Positions 30,528 to 41,074 of a stretch of 64,000 nt of DNA are shown piece by piece. The translations under genes and the position numbers were made by a program. The notes under the pieces are model-generated. The model was not told the origin of the DNA. It was given only the letters and a program-made list of their open reading frames with translations, and did not search any database. The stretch is from the IMG/VR virus record IMGVR_UViG_3300011112_000003, positions 1-64,000 of that record; one strand, given 5' to 3'. How positions within the stretch are numbered: position 1 is the first letter of the stretch; the number at the start of each line of letters is the position of its first letter. The DNA is from a virus.

Positions 30528-30943
30528 GCCTGGCCCTGCGACTGCGCTAACGCTAGTAGCCCCCGCATGTTCTCAGCTACGGCTGAGTTATCCTTCGCCC
30601 GCAGGATGTGCCTACCGCAAGCCTCCCCCCACCCAGCACTCCCTGCACGCTGATCCGCGCGCACACTCTGCAGGATATAGCCCTCGGGGTAGAACGCCGC
30701 GTAGCCCGCGAGGCGCCCCGCAATCGCATCGTCCGCCAGATCCCGGAAGCCCCAGATCTCACTACTGCAGTAGTGCTCCGCGAGTAGCACCCCGCACTCG
30801 GACAGCGCGACACACATCCCATCCCCACCCGAAGAATCTAGGCTGAACATGTAGATGGTTCCCGCCTGCTTTCGGATCGGGGACTCACCGCGACGCGACC
30901 GCATGTGCTCTGCGAAGCCTAGATTATCCAGCTTGCCGGTCAT
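30524..30943 (-). CDS. Hypothetical protein with shared leader motif (dispersed copy)
   Basis: MTGKLDNLGFAEHMRSRRGESP. Confidence 0.65.
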   Translation of the reverse strand: MTGKLDNLGFAEHMRSRRGESPIRKQAGTIYMFSLDSSGGDGMCVALSECGVLLAEHYCSSEIWGFRDLADDAIAGRLAGYAAFYPEGYILQSVRADQRAGSAGWGEACGRHILRAKDNSAVAENMRGLLALAQSQGQA

Positions 30944-31239
30944 TCGGGTAGCGTATCCTCAACCGAGCGAGGGGGCGTGCGCGCCGTCACGAGTAGCTTG
31001 GGGTCCTGGCCGCGCCGCGCGCGTATCGAGTACAGCCTTGATGCTGTCAGTGCGCAGTGGTCCGCGCCCACACCCGTCGCCGTCATGTGGTTGACGCTGA
31101 TAGCCATGCACGACGCAGCCATCTCTTCCTGCGTTATGCCTCGCGAGCGACCGAGCGCAATGACCGCATCCGCGAACGTCTCCATGCGCTTCTCGTCGAA
31201 GTCCGCAGGATCGATAAGCCCAATCTTCGTCACCATCAT
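30940..31239 (-). CDS. Hypothetical protein flanked by 13-bp direct repeat
   Basis: ATGA coupling on both sides; AGCGTATCCTCAA at 30950 and 31252. Confidence 0.55.
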   Translation of the reverse strand: MMVTKIGLIDPADFDEKRMETFADAVIALGRSRGITQEEMAASCMAISVNHMTATGVGADHCALTASRLYSIRARRGQDPKLLVTARTPPRSVEDTLPE

Positions 31240-31595
31240 TCGCCTCCCGGCAGCGTATCCTCAAGGCAGTCGTGTTGCTCGCCCACAGTCTGTACGTGAT
31301 AATCGATCTGGCTGTGGGCGCAAGCCAGCCGCAAGCCCAGGTTGCCGCCTCGCCCCATTTGGTTGCCGAACCATCCCACACAGAACTCCTCTGCCCCGGG
31401 CTCCGACTCGTGGCACGCCATCATGCGCAGGGTGCCGTCGCGCGTGGCGAATGAGCCCGGCTCCGCGATGGTACTCTCCAGCGCCGCGTGCTTGCCCTCA
31501 CAGTAGCCGTTCGGGATATCGTACGGGTCGGTGGAGGTCTTCCATGGGCACTTGGCGCACTGCAGGCGGACAGGCCGCCGCCCCTTCTTAGCCAC
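31236..31595 (-). CDS. Cys/His phage protein (DUF6283-like)
   Basis: C.KCPW...MACH.S......CVGW. Confidence 0.55.
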   Translation of the reverse strand: MAKKGRRPVRLQCAKCPWKTSTDPYDIPNGYCEGKHAALESTIAEPGSFATRDGTLRMMACHESEPGAEEFCVGWFGNQMGRGGNLGLRLACAHSQIDYHVQTVGEQHDCLEDTLPGGE

Positions 31596-32778
31596 GGTAC
31601 TGACTCCTCGTGCGTGACGTCTCGACTGTGTGCTGCCACTGCGGGTCGCTGTTATCGTCGTAGCTCCCGCGGAACAACTCGATCTTGAACGACGCGGCCT
31701 CGCCCATGTCGCCGTCGGGCACGTCGCCCGTGGTCGCCTTGGTGAACCAATCGTCAAAGGCTGCGCGTATCTGATCGCGCAACTCGCGGGTGGCCTTGGG
31801 CATCGGGGTAATGTCGGGTGGACTCATGTCTACCGCTTTATCGGATACGGGTGGGTCGTCGCCGTCGTTGTGCCAAGGCGTGTTGTGCTGCGGGCAGGCT
31901 AGGCTATCGCCGTTCTGATCGACCCCTGCGAACCCTGCGTGCTCGCCCTTATCTCGCAGGGGCGTACACCGGCAACCCTCCCGCTGCAACTTAGGCGATA
32001 ACCACGTCAGGCCCCCCGCGCTGTGGTGTCTCCCGTCATGGGCCGCGGGCAGCACACACGCCGCGTTCACGTGCTCGGGGTGGCGATGCACGCAGGCGGC
32101 GCGCCAGAACCCAGACCCGGTGCGATGGGCCCCCTCGTGGCCTTGGGCCCGGTCACAATAATCCCAGGCTATGCCCGGGCGCGGGACACTACACAGCGCG
32201 GCAGACGCAGACCACTGCAGACCTCCCGCCGTCTTGTGCTCCATCTTGTGGCCCTCGGTCAGCGAGCACACCTTATCCACAGCAGTGGGATGGCGCTTCG
32301 TACAAGGCGCGGTGACAGCCCCGCAGTTCTCCCAATGGGCAGTGCCACCTTCATCTTTAAATCCCACGTGCTGCCCCTCGTGGTCCGCGGCCAGGCTACA
32401 GCCGATCTTCGGATATAAGCGCGCCTTGGAATCACATCTCGGATCTGCGAAGCGCAGCAGCATGGCCACGTGAACTATCTCGCCCGTCGCCAGTCGATTC
32501 GGGTGATTCCTAGGAAGGGTGGATATCACGTCGTGCAGCCACGCCAACTCATGCGGTCGAAACACCAGCACTAACCCCTCGGGGCCGCTCCTCAGCGCGG
32601 GAAAGCCGTGCCTCGCGCGCTCCCTGTTGACCCATTCAGGGTCCTCAGGTTTACGGCCGGCGAGGCTCTTCGCGATATCAGCCTCACACCGTAAGCAGAA
32701 GAGCGCTTCCCGTCGGTATGCGCATTGGTTCGTGCAATCTCGGAAGTTGCAGCGTCCTGGAAGATCTCCGTCAGTCAT
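31588..32778 (-). CDS. Protein with tandem C-x5-H-x3-H micro-repeats
   Basis: CSLAADHEGQH, CSLTEGHKMEH, CDRAQGHEGAH, CVLPAAHDGRH. Confidence 0.6.
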   Translation of the reverse strand: MTDGDLPGRCNFRDCTNQCAYRREALFCLRCEADIAKSLAGRKPEDPEWVNRERARHGFPALRSGPEGLVLVFRPHELAWLHDVISTLPRNHPNRLATGEIVHVAMLLRFADPRCDSKARLYPKIGCSLAADHEGQHVGFKDEGGTAHWENCGAVTAPCTKRHPTAVDKVCSLTEGHKMEHKTAGGLQWSASAALCSVPRPGIAWDYCDRAQGHEGAHRTGSGFWRAACVHRHPEHVNAACVLPAAHDGRHHSAGGLTWLSPKLQREGCRCTPLRDKGEHAGFAGVDQNGDSLACPQHNTPWHNDGDDPPVSDKAVDMSPPDITPMPKATRELRDQIRAAFDDWFTKATTGDVPDGDMGEAASFKIELFRGSYDDNSDPQWQHTVETSRTRSQYRG

Positions 32779-33489
32779 ACCCACCCCGTATCGGATACTC
32801 AGCTCGCGGGCGGCTCGAAGGGCGGCGCAGTCGCGAGCTGGATAGCCGTCGCGATGGCGTTGGTCACCGCATGCCGGTTGCTCCAGTCGATCTTGTCGCG
32901 ATCAATCACAATCTTGGCGTGGTCGTAGGCCGCTCGCGCGATGACTTGCGCATCGTCGTTCAGGTCGAGCGGCTTGTACCCCGGGGCGAAGCCGAGGAAC
33001 GCCGCGCTCACCGCCATCTTGAAGCAGCCGTACCTGACCTGCGCGGGGATGTCTGGGCCTTGCGAATCGATATAGTTCTGGAGCATTTCAATGTAGCTGC
33101 GCACCGCCTGATCCATCACGCCGTCCCACGTGCGTCCCATCGAAGGCTGCGGGGCGCCTGCCCCCTGGTAGATCTGCCGCATACCGTCGGGGAGCTGCGA
33201 AGCTGTCGAGGGCGGGGTAGGATACTTGTGGGGGAACTTGGCTGGGGGGAAGCGCCCTCGAACCACGTTATCCTTCTTTGGGGTTTCGTCGTCGCTCACG
33301 GGTCTATCAATCCATCGAGATCCACCATGCCCCCGGCAGCATCCAGCACAGCCTTCGCGCACGCCTCCCACGCGGCCTTCTGCCGGTCGTTGATGCCCAC
33401 CGCCCAGTTGCCCGAGTTGCTCCAGTGCTGCTGCATGAACGCCTCGTAGGCAATCTGGCCGGGTGTGTGCGCGACTTCCTCGGGCTTGC

Positions 33490-34122
33490 TCATCCCGGCT
33501 CGGCGGCAACACCGTCGCTGCTGTCCTTGGTGGGTGCCATCACCGCCGAACGAATCGATTCGAGCGCCGCGCAGTCGTCCGGACCGTAGCCGCGGATGAT
33601 CGCGGAGCCCTTCACGAGTATCCAGGTCGTGCGCAACTTCCCTTCGTGCATGGAGTCGTGATGCGCCTCGACCAACCAGCCCGCGCTTCGGAAGATGCCG
33701 ATCGTCACCTGAAGCGGCGCCACCTTCGTAGCTGCTTCGGCTTTTAGCCGGGCATCAAGCTGACGAGCCTCCGCCCCCATCAGCTCTTTGACCAAGGTCT
33801 CGATCTCCGCGCCCTTGGTCGCCGACTTCTTCGCGGCCTCGCTCAGCTCCTCTCGCGTCCTTTCCTCCTCTGCTACCGCAGACTTTATCGCTTGCGGGAC
33901 TACGACCCTCATGGCGGTGTCGAGACGCTCTGCCGCCTCCACTTCGCTTACTCCCGAGGCAACTGCGGTTGCTATCACCGCGGCAACCGTTTCTTCGGCC
34001 GTCGCAGTTGCCTTGGATACGCCCTCTAGTGCAGCCACATGCGCCGCGTTTGCCGAAAGCTCCAGAGCTACGTAGCGCTCCAGATCCTCCCTCAGCGTCG
34101 TCTCTTCTCTATCTCTTGACAT
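33490..34122 (-). CDS. Hypothetical protein (coiled coil plus C-terminal domain shared with 34142-34591)
   Basis: GGAGG RBS; GW.V.AH.D..H.G.L.T.W...KG. Confidence 0.55.
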   Translation of the reverse strand: MSRDREETTLREDLERYVALELSANAAHVAALEGVSKATATAEETVAAVIATAVASGVSEVEAAERLDTAMRVVVPQAIKSAVAEEERTREELSEAAKKSATKGAEIETLVKELMGAEARQLDARLKAEAATKVAPLQVTIGIFRSAGWLVEAHHDSMHEGKLRTTWILVKGSAIIRGYGPDDCAALESIRSAVMAPTKDSSDGVAAEPG

Positions 34123-34141
34123 GATATCCTCCTAGGGCGGC

Positions 34142-34591
34142 TCATGATGTTGTCCTCATCTGCCGCATGAACTCTTGCGCGGCTTGCTCCGCAACCGCCT
34201 CCCGTTGTAGCAGCTCCAGGCGGATGCATTCGAGCGCCTCGCCGTCGGTGCGGCCGCGCCCCTGCACGAACGTGGTGCCCTTCGTGAACATCCAGAACGT
34301 GTGCAGCTCCCCCGCGTGGCGGAAGTCGTTGTGCGCCGCGACCGTCCAGCCTATTCCGCGCAGCGCGTTGAGCGTGACGTAGAACGGGGGCCGCGCCGCT
34401 TCCGCAGCTGCCTCCGCCTCTGCTGTCTTGCGACGCACCTGCGCCACCGCATCCACGTAATCCCCGTAGTCCTCCGCGGGGTGATCGTCGCAGGGCAGCT
34501 TCGCACCGCACTCGACACAGTGCGTACCACAGTACTCGCACGTGTTATCGCCCGCGCAGGTGCAGCCCTTATCTGAAAGTAGGTCAACCAT
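34142..34591 (-). CDS. Hypothetical protein (Zn-finger plus shared C-terminal domain)
   Basis: GWTVAAHNDFRHAGELHTFWMFTKG. Confidence 0.55.
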   Translation of the reverse strand: MVDLLSDKGCTCAGDNTCEYCGTHCVECGAKLPCDDHPAEDYGDYVDAVAQVRRKTAEAEAAAEAARPPFYVTLNALRGIGWTVAAHNDFRHAGELHTFWMFTKGTTFVQGRGRTDGEALECIRLELLQREAVAEQAAQEFMRQMRTTS

Positions 34592-34763
34592 ACCTATCCT
34601 TACTCGACGGCGACAGCTCGAAGTTGCTGCATTGGTGCAGCACCGACTTGCTGCGCCGTGCGCACTCCTCACACCGCACCACACCCTTGCCCTGATGGAC
34701 GTGCGCGTTGCGCGGATGGCCGCATACGCAGGTGTTCCCGCGGTTTGGTTTCTTGGGCGCCAT
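34584..34763 (-). CDS. Small Cys/His protein (59 aa, absent from ORF track)
   Basis: MAPKKPNRGNTCVCGHPRNAH...CEEC; ATG 12 nt after TATCAGA motif. Confidence 0.5.
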   Translation of the reverse strand: MAPKKPNRGNTCVCGHPRNAHVHQGKGVVRCEECARRSKSVLHQCSNFELSPSSKDRYG

Positions 34764-36122
34764 GCTCTACCTCTATCTGATAAGCCTGGCACCTCGGCTC
34801 ATGGCGTCCACATTCGGGACCATGCGTATAGCCCCGCCATTATGATTGCCAGCATCAGCAGTGCCCCTACCGCTACTTCTCCGCTATCCATTACGTACCC
34901 CCATCGTCGGTGCCATTCCGCTCTTTCTCGATGTCTAGTACCCCAGCGGCCGTCACTGCAAGTATGGCGAGTACGGCGTCGAGCGCATGCCGGTAGGCGA
35001 CCCAATATATCTTGGGCGCCGTGTTGTTCCTCTTGGGTGCGTCGCGCTTCTCATCGACAACCAACTTCCGCACCTTCCCCATCGCTTCAGACAGTTCGGC
35101 GCGGGCTGCGTCGCGCTCGCGGACCGCGATCGTGTAGCCGTAGTTCGCCAGCGCCCTCCCGATACCGCCCCTGCTGCGCTTGCACCGCTCAACCGTCCAG
35201 TTCGCTACGGATTCTGCGTGCTGGCATCGCCGGTTGAGGCGCCCGTTCGTCTCCCGGGCCACGACCAGTTCCTCAGCACTTTCAGCACGCCCGGCTGCGT
35301 GGGCTTTGGCTAGGGCTTTCTCGACGACGGACCACCCCATGGCCTCCGTACTGGCACGGGCGCCGGTAAGCACGCGCTTGGTTTCCTTGTCTCGGGCCAC
35401 GCCTGCGGCACGGTCGAACGGTGGCCCCACCTCCCCCACCGGCTCGACGTCCAGTGCGATACGGAGTTCCTCTGCGCATGACAGCATGGCGTCGCGCCGC
35501 ACCATCTGGTAGCCCGCAGCCTCGCCCGCCCATCGATGGTGTAGTGCCTCCAGAATCTGCCGCAGACTCGCCGCCGTCTCGATTGCGCTGGGGTCAGGCA
35601 TTGGGGGCTCCGAACAGAGCGGCGCGGACCTCGCGGGCGACAGCAATCATCAGCGTCCGGTTGTTCTCCGGCACATCCATCCACGGGACCGCGCTGGCCT
35701 CGCGAGTCTTGTAGCCATGGGCAGGGGCCAGTCGCTCGTAGGTGGTGTGGAACAGTTCGGCGATGTCCTCGTCTGTTGCGGGCTCGGTGGGTGGAACGAC
35801 GCCGAACACCGCATCGCTCGGTAGTCTGTAGAGCAGCTCCGCCGCGTTCTTCATCGCCACCAGCTGCGGGTCATCCGGGTCCGACGGGTCTGTGTCGCCG
35901 AACAGCGCGTCACAGGTGGAGTGCAACGCATCGAGGACGGGCCGGACCTCGGCGGCCATCTCAACGCGGCCCTCGCTGACCCCGTTTTGGTGCGCCATCC
36001 TCAGGGCGGCGGCTGGGTAGGTGTTCGTATTTTCAGACATCATCTCTCTCCGGGTCGAGGGGTGAAGCGGGGCGGCCCCTCCCAATGGAAAAGCCGCCCC
36101 TACGTCATGCTACTGCGACCAG

Positions 36123-36605
36123 CTAAGACTCCGGCTCGCACTCAGGGTCGACGAAGCATCTCGCAACCCCCACGGTCCCGATTTGCGCTCCCGTGATGCC
36201 TGCGGTGTCCAGCACCAGGTCGGGTTCACCCTCCCCCGCGTTCCTCTTCAGGGCGCCGGAACCTTGTCCTGTGAAGGTGTAGCCATCCATGCCGTAGCCG
36301 TAGCACTGCACGCGTTCCTCCGGGTCCGAGGCGGCATCGCTACATTTCCATCTGGAGCTGAAGGTCCCCGCGGGAACGACGATTTCCAGTACACCAATGG
36401 CGCGGCCGTAGGCGTCCTTGGAATCCTCGAAAACGAAGCACCCCGACCCGAGATCAACCGTGTCCTCTGCGCCGGTCAGGTGGCAGAGGTAGGCTCCGTC
36501 CTCGATGAGCACCGTGGTGACGGACTCGTCCTCCCCCTCCTCGGCCAAAGCCGTGTAAGAGAACAGGGCGAACAGCGTTAGTAGTAGTGGTAGTAAGTAT
36601 CGCAT
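36123..36605 (-). CDS. Secreted protein
   Basis: Signal peptide MRYLLPLLLTLFALFSYTALA; paired cysteines. Confidence 0.6.
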   Translation of the reverse strand: MRYLLPLLLTLFALFSYTALAEEGEDESVTTVLIEDGAYLCHLTGAEDTVDLGSGCFVFEDSKDAYGRAIGVLEIVVPAGTFSSRWKCSDAASDPEERVQCYGYGMDGYTFTGQGSGALKRNAGEGEPDLVLDTAGITGAQIGTVGVARCFVDPECEPES

Positions 36606-36885
36606 TTGAGAGTTTTTCTTTCCTTGTTGGTCGGCAGTGCGAGAGACATGGTCGTCCCTTTACGCTGTCACAGTCGTGTATGGGATATCGTTCAGCACGA
36701 ACTTGGCAATCGCGCGCAGTAGAGCCGCACGCACACTCTCGCCGGGCGGCTCCAGCTTCAGGGCGCGCACGCCAATATCTATCAGCTCGCCGAACGGTAT
36801 GCGCTCGGCCTCGGGCTGCTCGGTCGCCCAGTGCATGAACTGCAGAAGGCGCGAGTACTTGTGCGCGATCGCGTCGTCTTCGGCG

Positions 36886-37359
36886 TCAGTCTTCGCCGAC
36901 ACTGGCCTGCGCCCTCGCACTCTCCGTCGCCCGCGCGAGGATCCCCTCGATGTCCGGCTTGGTCCAGTTCTTAGGCTTTAGAACCTTGCCGTCGCTCGGT
37001 CGCCGCGTCACTACGCCGCCCGGGAACTTTGCCATGTTGGTGCGCTGGATCTCGCCGAACACCTCGCGCATGGGGAAACCGCACGCGACGCCCATACCAA
37101 TCGCCACGTAGATGATATCGCCGAGTGCGTCGGCCATCTCTGGCAGGTCGTTCGCATCCACCGCGCGGTGCAGTTCTTGTCGTTCCTCACGGATGAGCCG
37201 TAAGCACAGCTGCAGCGTTTCCTCGGGAGGCATGCGCGGCTCGGCGCCTACCTTGTCTGGATGGCCGATCCGCCAGAACTTCTCCACCTGCGCGAATACG
37301 TCGCGTGCCTCTTCCTCCCACAGCGCCCGAAAGGCATTCGACATCGTTCCCTCACTCAT
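36886..37359 (-). CDS. MazG-like NTP pyrophosphohydrolase (DR2231/PRA-PH type)
   Basis: LIREE..EL, E.ADALGD..YV, E..RTNM.K, DGKVLKP..W..PD. Confidence 0.85.
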   Translation of the reverse strand: MSEGTMSNAFRALWEEEARDVFAQVEKFWRIGHPDKVGAEPRMPPEETLQLCLRLIREERQELHRAVDANDLPEMADALGDIIYVAIGMGVACGFPMREVFGEIQRTNMAKFPGGVVTRRPSDGKVLKPKNWTKPDIEGILARATESARAQASVGED

Positions 37360-37603
37360 CGGCTTTCTCCCGCGTCTTGATCTCGCGCTGCAGGTACCAC
37401 AGCGCCTTCTTCAAATCCTGAGTGGTTGCGCCCTTGTGCTCGGCACGTGCGATGTACTTCACGGTGTTGCCCAGGCAAAAGCCCAGGCCCCACGCCTCGA
37501 TGACCTTGATCGCTTCGTAGGTGTTATCTTCACCCCCGTAGTGCGCAGGATGGTCGACCTGTTCGGCCTCGGGTTTCGACGGCGGGCCCATGGGATCCTG
37601 CAT
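37352..37603 (-). CDS. DUF3310 (T7 gp1.7/SaV-like) protein
   Basis: VDHPAHY, EAI.VI, FCLGN.VKY..RA..K...QDLKKA.WYL. Confidence 0.85.
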   Translation of the reverse strand: MQDPMGPPSKPEAEQVDHPAHYGGEDNTYEAIKVIEAWGLGFCLGNTVKYIARAEHKGATTQDLKKALWYLQREIKTREKADE

Positions 37604-38128
37604 CACGGGTACACCGCGAAGTACGCCCGCTTGCGAATGAAGTCCCAACGCAGGTACGGCGCTTCCGTCCCGCACTGCATGGCCTTGATGACGCCGCTGA
37701 TATCTACCAGGCCATGGACAAGGATATGTGTCAGCTCCGCACGCTCGTCGTCCAAGTCGGTGACCAGCACCGTGTGGCGCGTGCGGCTGGGCTTCCCGAA
37801 CTCGCCTGCTGTCGGGTCCCACCCATCCACGTCGTACTCCCACACGGTTGTGTTGTAGATGTGGATCCTCAGGTCGCCGCAAGCATGCTCGGTGCGCTGC
37901 GGTGGCCCCTGGCCGACGTCGTTACTCATGCCCTGCGCTCCCACGGTAGTGTTGTGATCCGCGCCTCCGCCTCACCCAACTTGCGGCGCCTGATGTCGAT
38001 CGCTTCCTGCAGACCGCGTGCGTACTCGACGCGCCCGCCCAGGTGGTCCAGACGGTACGTGAACCCATCGGCGACCGCCTGCCTGTCCTCAGGGGTCACC
38101 GCATCCAGCGCTTTCCTGAACGCGAGGC

Positions 38129-38995
38129 TCATACCGAGACGTCGCCCTTGATCGTCGGCCAGGCATCGTACCCCTCCAGCTCGATGTGCTCCCACTTGAA
38201 GCGGTCAATATCCCCCACGCCGCTGTCGAGCACCAGATGGGGCAGCGGCCGCGGCTCGCGCTCCAACTGCTCGCGCACCTGCTCGCGGTGGTTGTTGTAG
38301 ATATGCACGTTCCCGAACGACATGATCAGGTCGCCCACTTCGAGGCAGGTCACCTGCGCGAGCATGTGCGTGAGTAGCGCGTAGCTCGCCGTGTTGAACG
38401 GCACGCCCAAGAACATGTCGGCCGAACGCATGAGGAGCTGGCACGACAGCTTGCCTGCATCCACGTCGAACTGCACGAGTGTGTGGCACGGTGGGAGCGC
38501 CACATCGTCGGCCTCCAGCGGGTTCCAGCCCGTGAGGATAATGCGGCGGCTGTTGGGGTTCACGACCAGAGTCTTGACGATGGCCGCAATCTGGTCGACG
38601 CCATCGTTTTCGTAGGTGTAGACGGTGCCCGACCCCGCGGGGGCCGTGCGCTTGGTCCCACCGAAGTTACGCCACTGGTGACCATAGACCGGGCCCAGCT
38701 CGCCAGGCGCCCGGCCGAACTCCGCACACTTCGCGGGCGTCGCCCACTCGGCCCAGATGTTCACGTTCTTATCCCGCAGCACATGCTCGTGGGTCGAGCC
38801 GGACAGCATCCACAGCAGCTCTTCCGCGATAAGCCGCAGGGGCAGCTTCTTCGTGGTGAGCAGCGGGAAGCCCTTCGCGAGGTCGAACCGCATGGACGCG
38901 CCGAACAGCGCAGTGGTCCCCGTGCCAGTCCGGTCGCCGCGGGGCGTGCCGTTGTCGAGGATGTTGCGGAGTAAGTCGAGGTATTGAACGGTCAT
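38129..38995 (-). CDS. thyA: Thymidylate synthase
   Basis: DRTGTGT, FPLLTTKK, LGPVYG.QWR, ALPPCH, RSAD.FLGVPFN.ASY. Confidence 0.97.
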   Translation of the reverse strand: MTVQYLDLLRNILDNGTPRGDRTGTGTTALFGASMRFDLAKGFPLLTTKKLPLRLIAEELLWMLSGSTHEHVLRDKNVNIWAEWATPAKCAEFGRAPGELGPVYGHQWRNFGGTKRTAPAGSGTVYTYENDGVDQIAAIVKTLVVNPNSRRIILTGWNPLEADDVALPPCHTLVQFDVDAGKLSCQLLMRSADMFLGVPFNTASYALLTHMLAQVTCLEVGDLIMSFGNVHIYNNHREQVREQLEREPRPLPHLVLDSGVGDIDRFKWEHIELEGYDAWPTIKGDVSV

Positions 38996-39625
38996 GGGTT
39001 CTCTCTGTCGGATAGGGGGAGCAACGCAGGGTGAACCGCAGGTACCGGCGCATTGCTGGCCACGCGGTCATCGTCGGGGTCTTTCCGGATCAGGCAGCCC
39101 TGCGGCGGAGAACCATCTGTATGCACGTCACCCATCCGATCGCCGAGTGTGAGCTTGGGATGGCCACAGAACCCCAGTTCCGGGCCGTGAGCTTTTCGCC
39201 CGACACCGCGTACGTAGGGGCAGCCGCCGCAACTGTGGATAGTCATGCTATGCCTCTATCGGATAAGAATGCCTGCGCGGTTGAAATCGCAGCATCAAGA
39301 TCTCCGAGGTCCCCAGCCGCACGGGACCGGATGTCGGCCAGTAGTTCTGGAAGCTTGCGGGCTGCTAGCAACCGGAACGACCACTGGGACTTCGTGAGGG
39401 CGGTGGGTTCCATGTCAGCAACCCGCATTTCCTGCCCTGGGGTGTGGGGCTTTCTCCTGATGTAGAGCCCCCATACGTGCTCGTGCCTCTCCCATGTCAG
39501 GTCAACGCCGTCCTCTAGCCGGACCACGCCCCGGGCGCCCAGGTTCAATGTGTACAGACGCGATGATGCAGCGATGAGTGCTTCGTCCAGGCGTTTGCGC
39601 GCAGCCTGTACGGCGCCCCTCGCGT

Positions 39626-40489
39626 TCACGACTCGTCGTTCCACACGATCAGCCCGAGCTTGTCATCATCGACTTCATGGGCGCCTTCATGGCCATCAGG
39701 ATGGGCGCACTGCAGGCCCGTGGCCGAGTCCTCCGCCTTGCACCGCATCTCCTTCGGCTGCGGCGGGTCGAACCCTCGCCCATTCTTCTCTTCCACGCGT
39801 TCGCACAGGGCGTCCTGCAGGTCGAACTCGTACAGGTTGGCGAGACGCAAAGACGCCGTCATGAGGTCTGCGGCCGCGTCTCGGATAGCCTCCCGCTGCC
39901 TGGTCGTAGGGGCGCCCGGCTCGATGGCGTTGGCGCCCGCCGGGTGGTCCATGGACTCGAACACGGCCGCGAGCTTCCCCACGGTCTTCATTGCGTGCAG
40001 CGTCGTGTGCGTCCCGAGGATGTGCGGGACCTTGCTCCCCTCCGCTACCATCACGCCATCGGAGTAGGGTACGGTCCAGGGTTGGTGCTTCTGTGCGTGG
40101 CGGATGGTCAGGTCGGGGCTGGGCAGGAACTCGCAGAGCTTCCCGAGGTCATGCTGCTGCTCAGCAAACCGCATGATGACCTTCAGGTCGCGCACGCGAT
40201 CGGGCGGCTTCAGGCGGTTGCCGTCCAGCTCCACCAGCACGTCACTTGCTGATATCCCCGCGGGGGTCATATGCGGCCCATCGTGGCCTTCCCGCAACAG
40301 ACACCGACGGTCGCGGTGGCCCATCTCTTCGAAGCACACAGGGGCGCCTGCGTTGTGTTCCTCTGGCGTAACGTATCCTTCGGCGGGACGCCCCATGGGC
40401 ACAACCTTCAGCCTCTCTATGAGACCGCTCAGGTCATCCCGATCGCCGTACCCCCACTCGGTCACTATCTCTTCTATGCGGTCGGTCAT
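39626..40489 (-). CDS. MazG-like domain protein with C-x5-H-x3-H motifs
   Basis: H..K.VGKLA...E, AADL....LRLAN...DL......R.EEKN; CLLREGHDGPH, CAHPDGHEGAH. Confidence 0.5.
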   Translation of the reverse strand: MTDRIEEIVTEWGYGDRDDLSGLIERLKVVPMGRPAEGYVTPEEHNAGAPVCFEEMGHRDRRCLLREGHDGPHMTPAGISASDVLVELDGNRLKPPDRVRDLKVIMRFAEQQHDLGKLCEFLPSPDLTIRHAQKHQPWTVPYSDGVMVAEGSKVPHILGTHTTLHAMKTVGKLAAVFESMDHPAGANAIEPGAPTTRQREAIRDAAADLMTASLRLANLYEFDLQDALCERVEEKNGRGFDPPQPKEMRCKAEDSATGLQCAHPDGHEGAHEVDDDKLGLIVWNDES

Positions 40490-40792
40490 TTGGATATCGC
40501 CTCCATGCAATCGCGGGCCTTCCCGTAGAACCCCTGAGCCCGCCACGCCTGTTTTATGATCTCCCGAACCGTGACCCGGCACTCAGTATCGTAGTCGCGC
40601 GCCATGTTCCGGCGGAAGCTCCGGTGGTACTCCGCCGCAGCGCGCTGCGCTTCCCGAGCAGCCTGCAAGCATCGACACACCAAAGCCGCCCGCTTGTCCT
40701 TGCAGTAACAGCACCCGCAGCGCTCCGGGACGACTCGCGTATAACAACTGCAACGGTCGAGGGGCAGTGCGCAGGATTCGCAGATCATACTA

Positions 40793-41074
40793 TCATGCCT
40801 TGTCGAGTAGTTTGACGATGTGCTTGATGAAGACGAGCCCGAACAGGCAGGTCGCTACGGCGAATCCGAACAGCGAGGCCAGCAGCTTGAGCATCGCCCA
40901 TGGGTGCGTCACCGCAAGATAAGTGCAGCCGGCGAAGGTGCTCGCGAGGATGGCGCAGCACACCACCAGGCCCGTAACTTCGACGATGGTTGCGCCCGCG
41001 CGCTTGGCAGCAAGCTGATTGGCATCACGCACTCGCGCTCGCTCCTCTCGTACTAGCTGTCCAGGGTCGGTCAC
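40793..41074 (-). CDS. Membrane protein, 2 TM
   Basis: Two hydrophobic segments. Confidence 0.5.
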   Translation of the reverse strand: MTDPGQLVREERARVRDANQLAAKRAGATIVEVTGLVVCCAILASTFAGCTYLAVTHPWAMLKLLASLFGFAVATCLFGLVFIKHIVKLLDKA

